Shown: piece by piece, positions 63,099-64,000 of the stretch
Layout: each line of letters opens with the position of its first letter
How positions within the stretch are numbered: position 1 is the first letter of the stretch
IMG/VR virus record: IMGVR_UViG_3300036770_005816
Location: 1 to 64,000 of that record
DNA from: a virus
Direction: 5' to 3' (one strand)
DNA length: 64,000 nt
Translations under genes and position numbers: made by a program
The notes under the pieces: generated by a model
The model's database searches: none
The model's input: only the letters and a program-made list of their open reading frames with translations
Told to the model about the DNA's origin: nothing

Positions 63099-63979
63099 TT
63101 GGACCTCTCCTGCACTGCCAGCATTGACCTATCGTAAACAACAACCACATTTGGTTCGGCATCACTATCTTCAGCAACTTCACTGACCCAACCATTGGAA
63201 ACAAGAACATTCAACCTAGTGCCCTTGACACCTCTCGCCGCCAAAGAACGGCTTATATCGTCATCACCATAAAAATTTGTTTCCCCACGCCCTATACGCG
63301 CGCGATGTTCGGCGACTGTTTTTTTCATTTCCTCGATAGACATCAATGCGTCTGGCGGAATTGCCACAACGAGCACTTCGCCACCGTCTTCGTAAAACCC
63401 TTGAGCATAAATATCGGCAGTTTCTCTATCTAGCGCAAAGTTAATGCCGTTGCCGTGCACCCCCATGCCCGCAAAATATTGACCGCTTCTGAAATCGTCA
63501 GCCATTTGTTTCGCTTTTATGACAGTTCCTTTCCCATCTTCACCCTCAACCATGGCTGTACTTAATCCTCTATATGCAATAATCCAACCTTCTTTACGGA
63601 GACGCTCTATCTCATCCGCAGAGACAACCTTTGGTGGTTTATCGAATCCCTGTTTTTCGGCAATCATTTCCAACTGAACATCCCGACCAACACCTTTTGG
63701 CACTTTCTCGAGCCTTTGTTTGTACTCTCTGCCTGCTTCAGACTTTTCGAATTCATCTTTGCTTTTACCAAATAGCGATGCCAAATCTTTAGTTAAGTCT
63801 CGTATTTGCCGCTTTAGTGGCGCAGGATATTTGTCGCCACCAGGACCGCTAACAAACCCGTCCCCGTCGCCGTCAATCTCAGACATACCGCCAATAGGCG
63901 TACCGAGAACCTTCACCGCCAAATTCTTTTTATCATTTTCTCCCGAATCAACCAAATCCCAGTACCCGAATTTCAACAC
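63095..63979 (-). CDS. Modular protein: DGDGDG tag plus ADP-ribosyltransferase-like domain
   Basis: VKVLGTPIGGMSEIDGDGDGFVSGPGGD; AYRGL...GVHGNGINFA...ADIYA...RGVKG...VVVVYDRS; start lies near the window edge. Confidence 0.65.
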   Translation of the reverse strand: MLKFGYWDLVDSGENDKKNLAVKVLGTPIGGMSEIDGDGDGFVSGPGGDKYPAPLKRQIRDLTKDLASLFGKSKDEFEKSEAGREYKQRLEKVPKGVGRDVQLEMIAEKQGFDKPPKVVSADEIERLRKEGWIIAYRGLSTAMVEGEDGKGTVIKAKQMADDFRSGQYFAGMGVHGNGINFALDRETADIYAQGFYEDGGEVLVVAIPPDALMSIEEMKKTVAEHRARIGRGETNFYGDDDISRSLAARGVKGTRLNVLVSNGWVSEVAEDSDAEPNVVVVYDRSMLAVQERSK

Positions 63980-64000
63980 GGCTGAAACACTCGGAACATC

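Noticed and set aside
1-64000. tRNA genes, integrase, transposase or stop-codon reassignment
   Set aside because: None recognised by eye; genes tile densely under the standard code. A tRNAscan-SE run would be needed to exclude tRNAs formally.

Overview
The window is a 64 kb piece of a large tailed phage genome, about 50% GC, with no cellular housekeeping genes. It has an HK97-fold head and a contractile tail (sheath, tube, baseplate J). A WhiB gene and many apparently leaderless starts point to an actinobacterial host. Layout: (1) 1-24152, minus strand: terminase, Rad52-like and PD-(D/E)XK recombination genes, a PAPS-reductase/ParB pair, head-tail joining, tail, baseplate and fibre genes. (2) 24231-49035, plus strand: portal fused to a MuF-type domain, an 840-aa prohead protease, about 17 kb of large unexplained genes, then the major capsid protein. 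(3) 49-64 kb: a CX5R phosphatase, class II RNR, DNA methyltransferase, MazG-like, TauD-like dioxygenase, primase-helicase, WhiB and two more modular genes. The most notable signal is a candidate capsid-cargo polymorphic effector system. Seven proteins carry one of two shared N-terminal tags (RCPxG...TD...C with exact C-x17-C spacing, or VKxLG...DGDGDG...P). Each tag lies shortly downstream of a recurring hydrophobic/Glu-x-Lys motif, a possible prohead-protease site. The tags are joined to different C-terminal enzyme-like domains: two HipA/PI3-4K-like kinases, two HEXXH metallopeptidases and an ADP-ribosyltransferase-like domain. Several of these genes are followed by small immunity-like ORFs. 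A candidate late promoter motif (GTTGCATT-N19/20-TAnnnT) is also visible. All family assignments come from motif recognition by eye, not from database searches.
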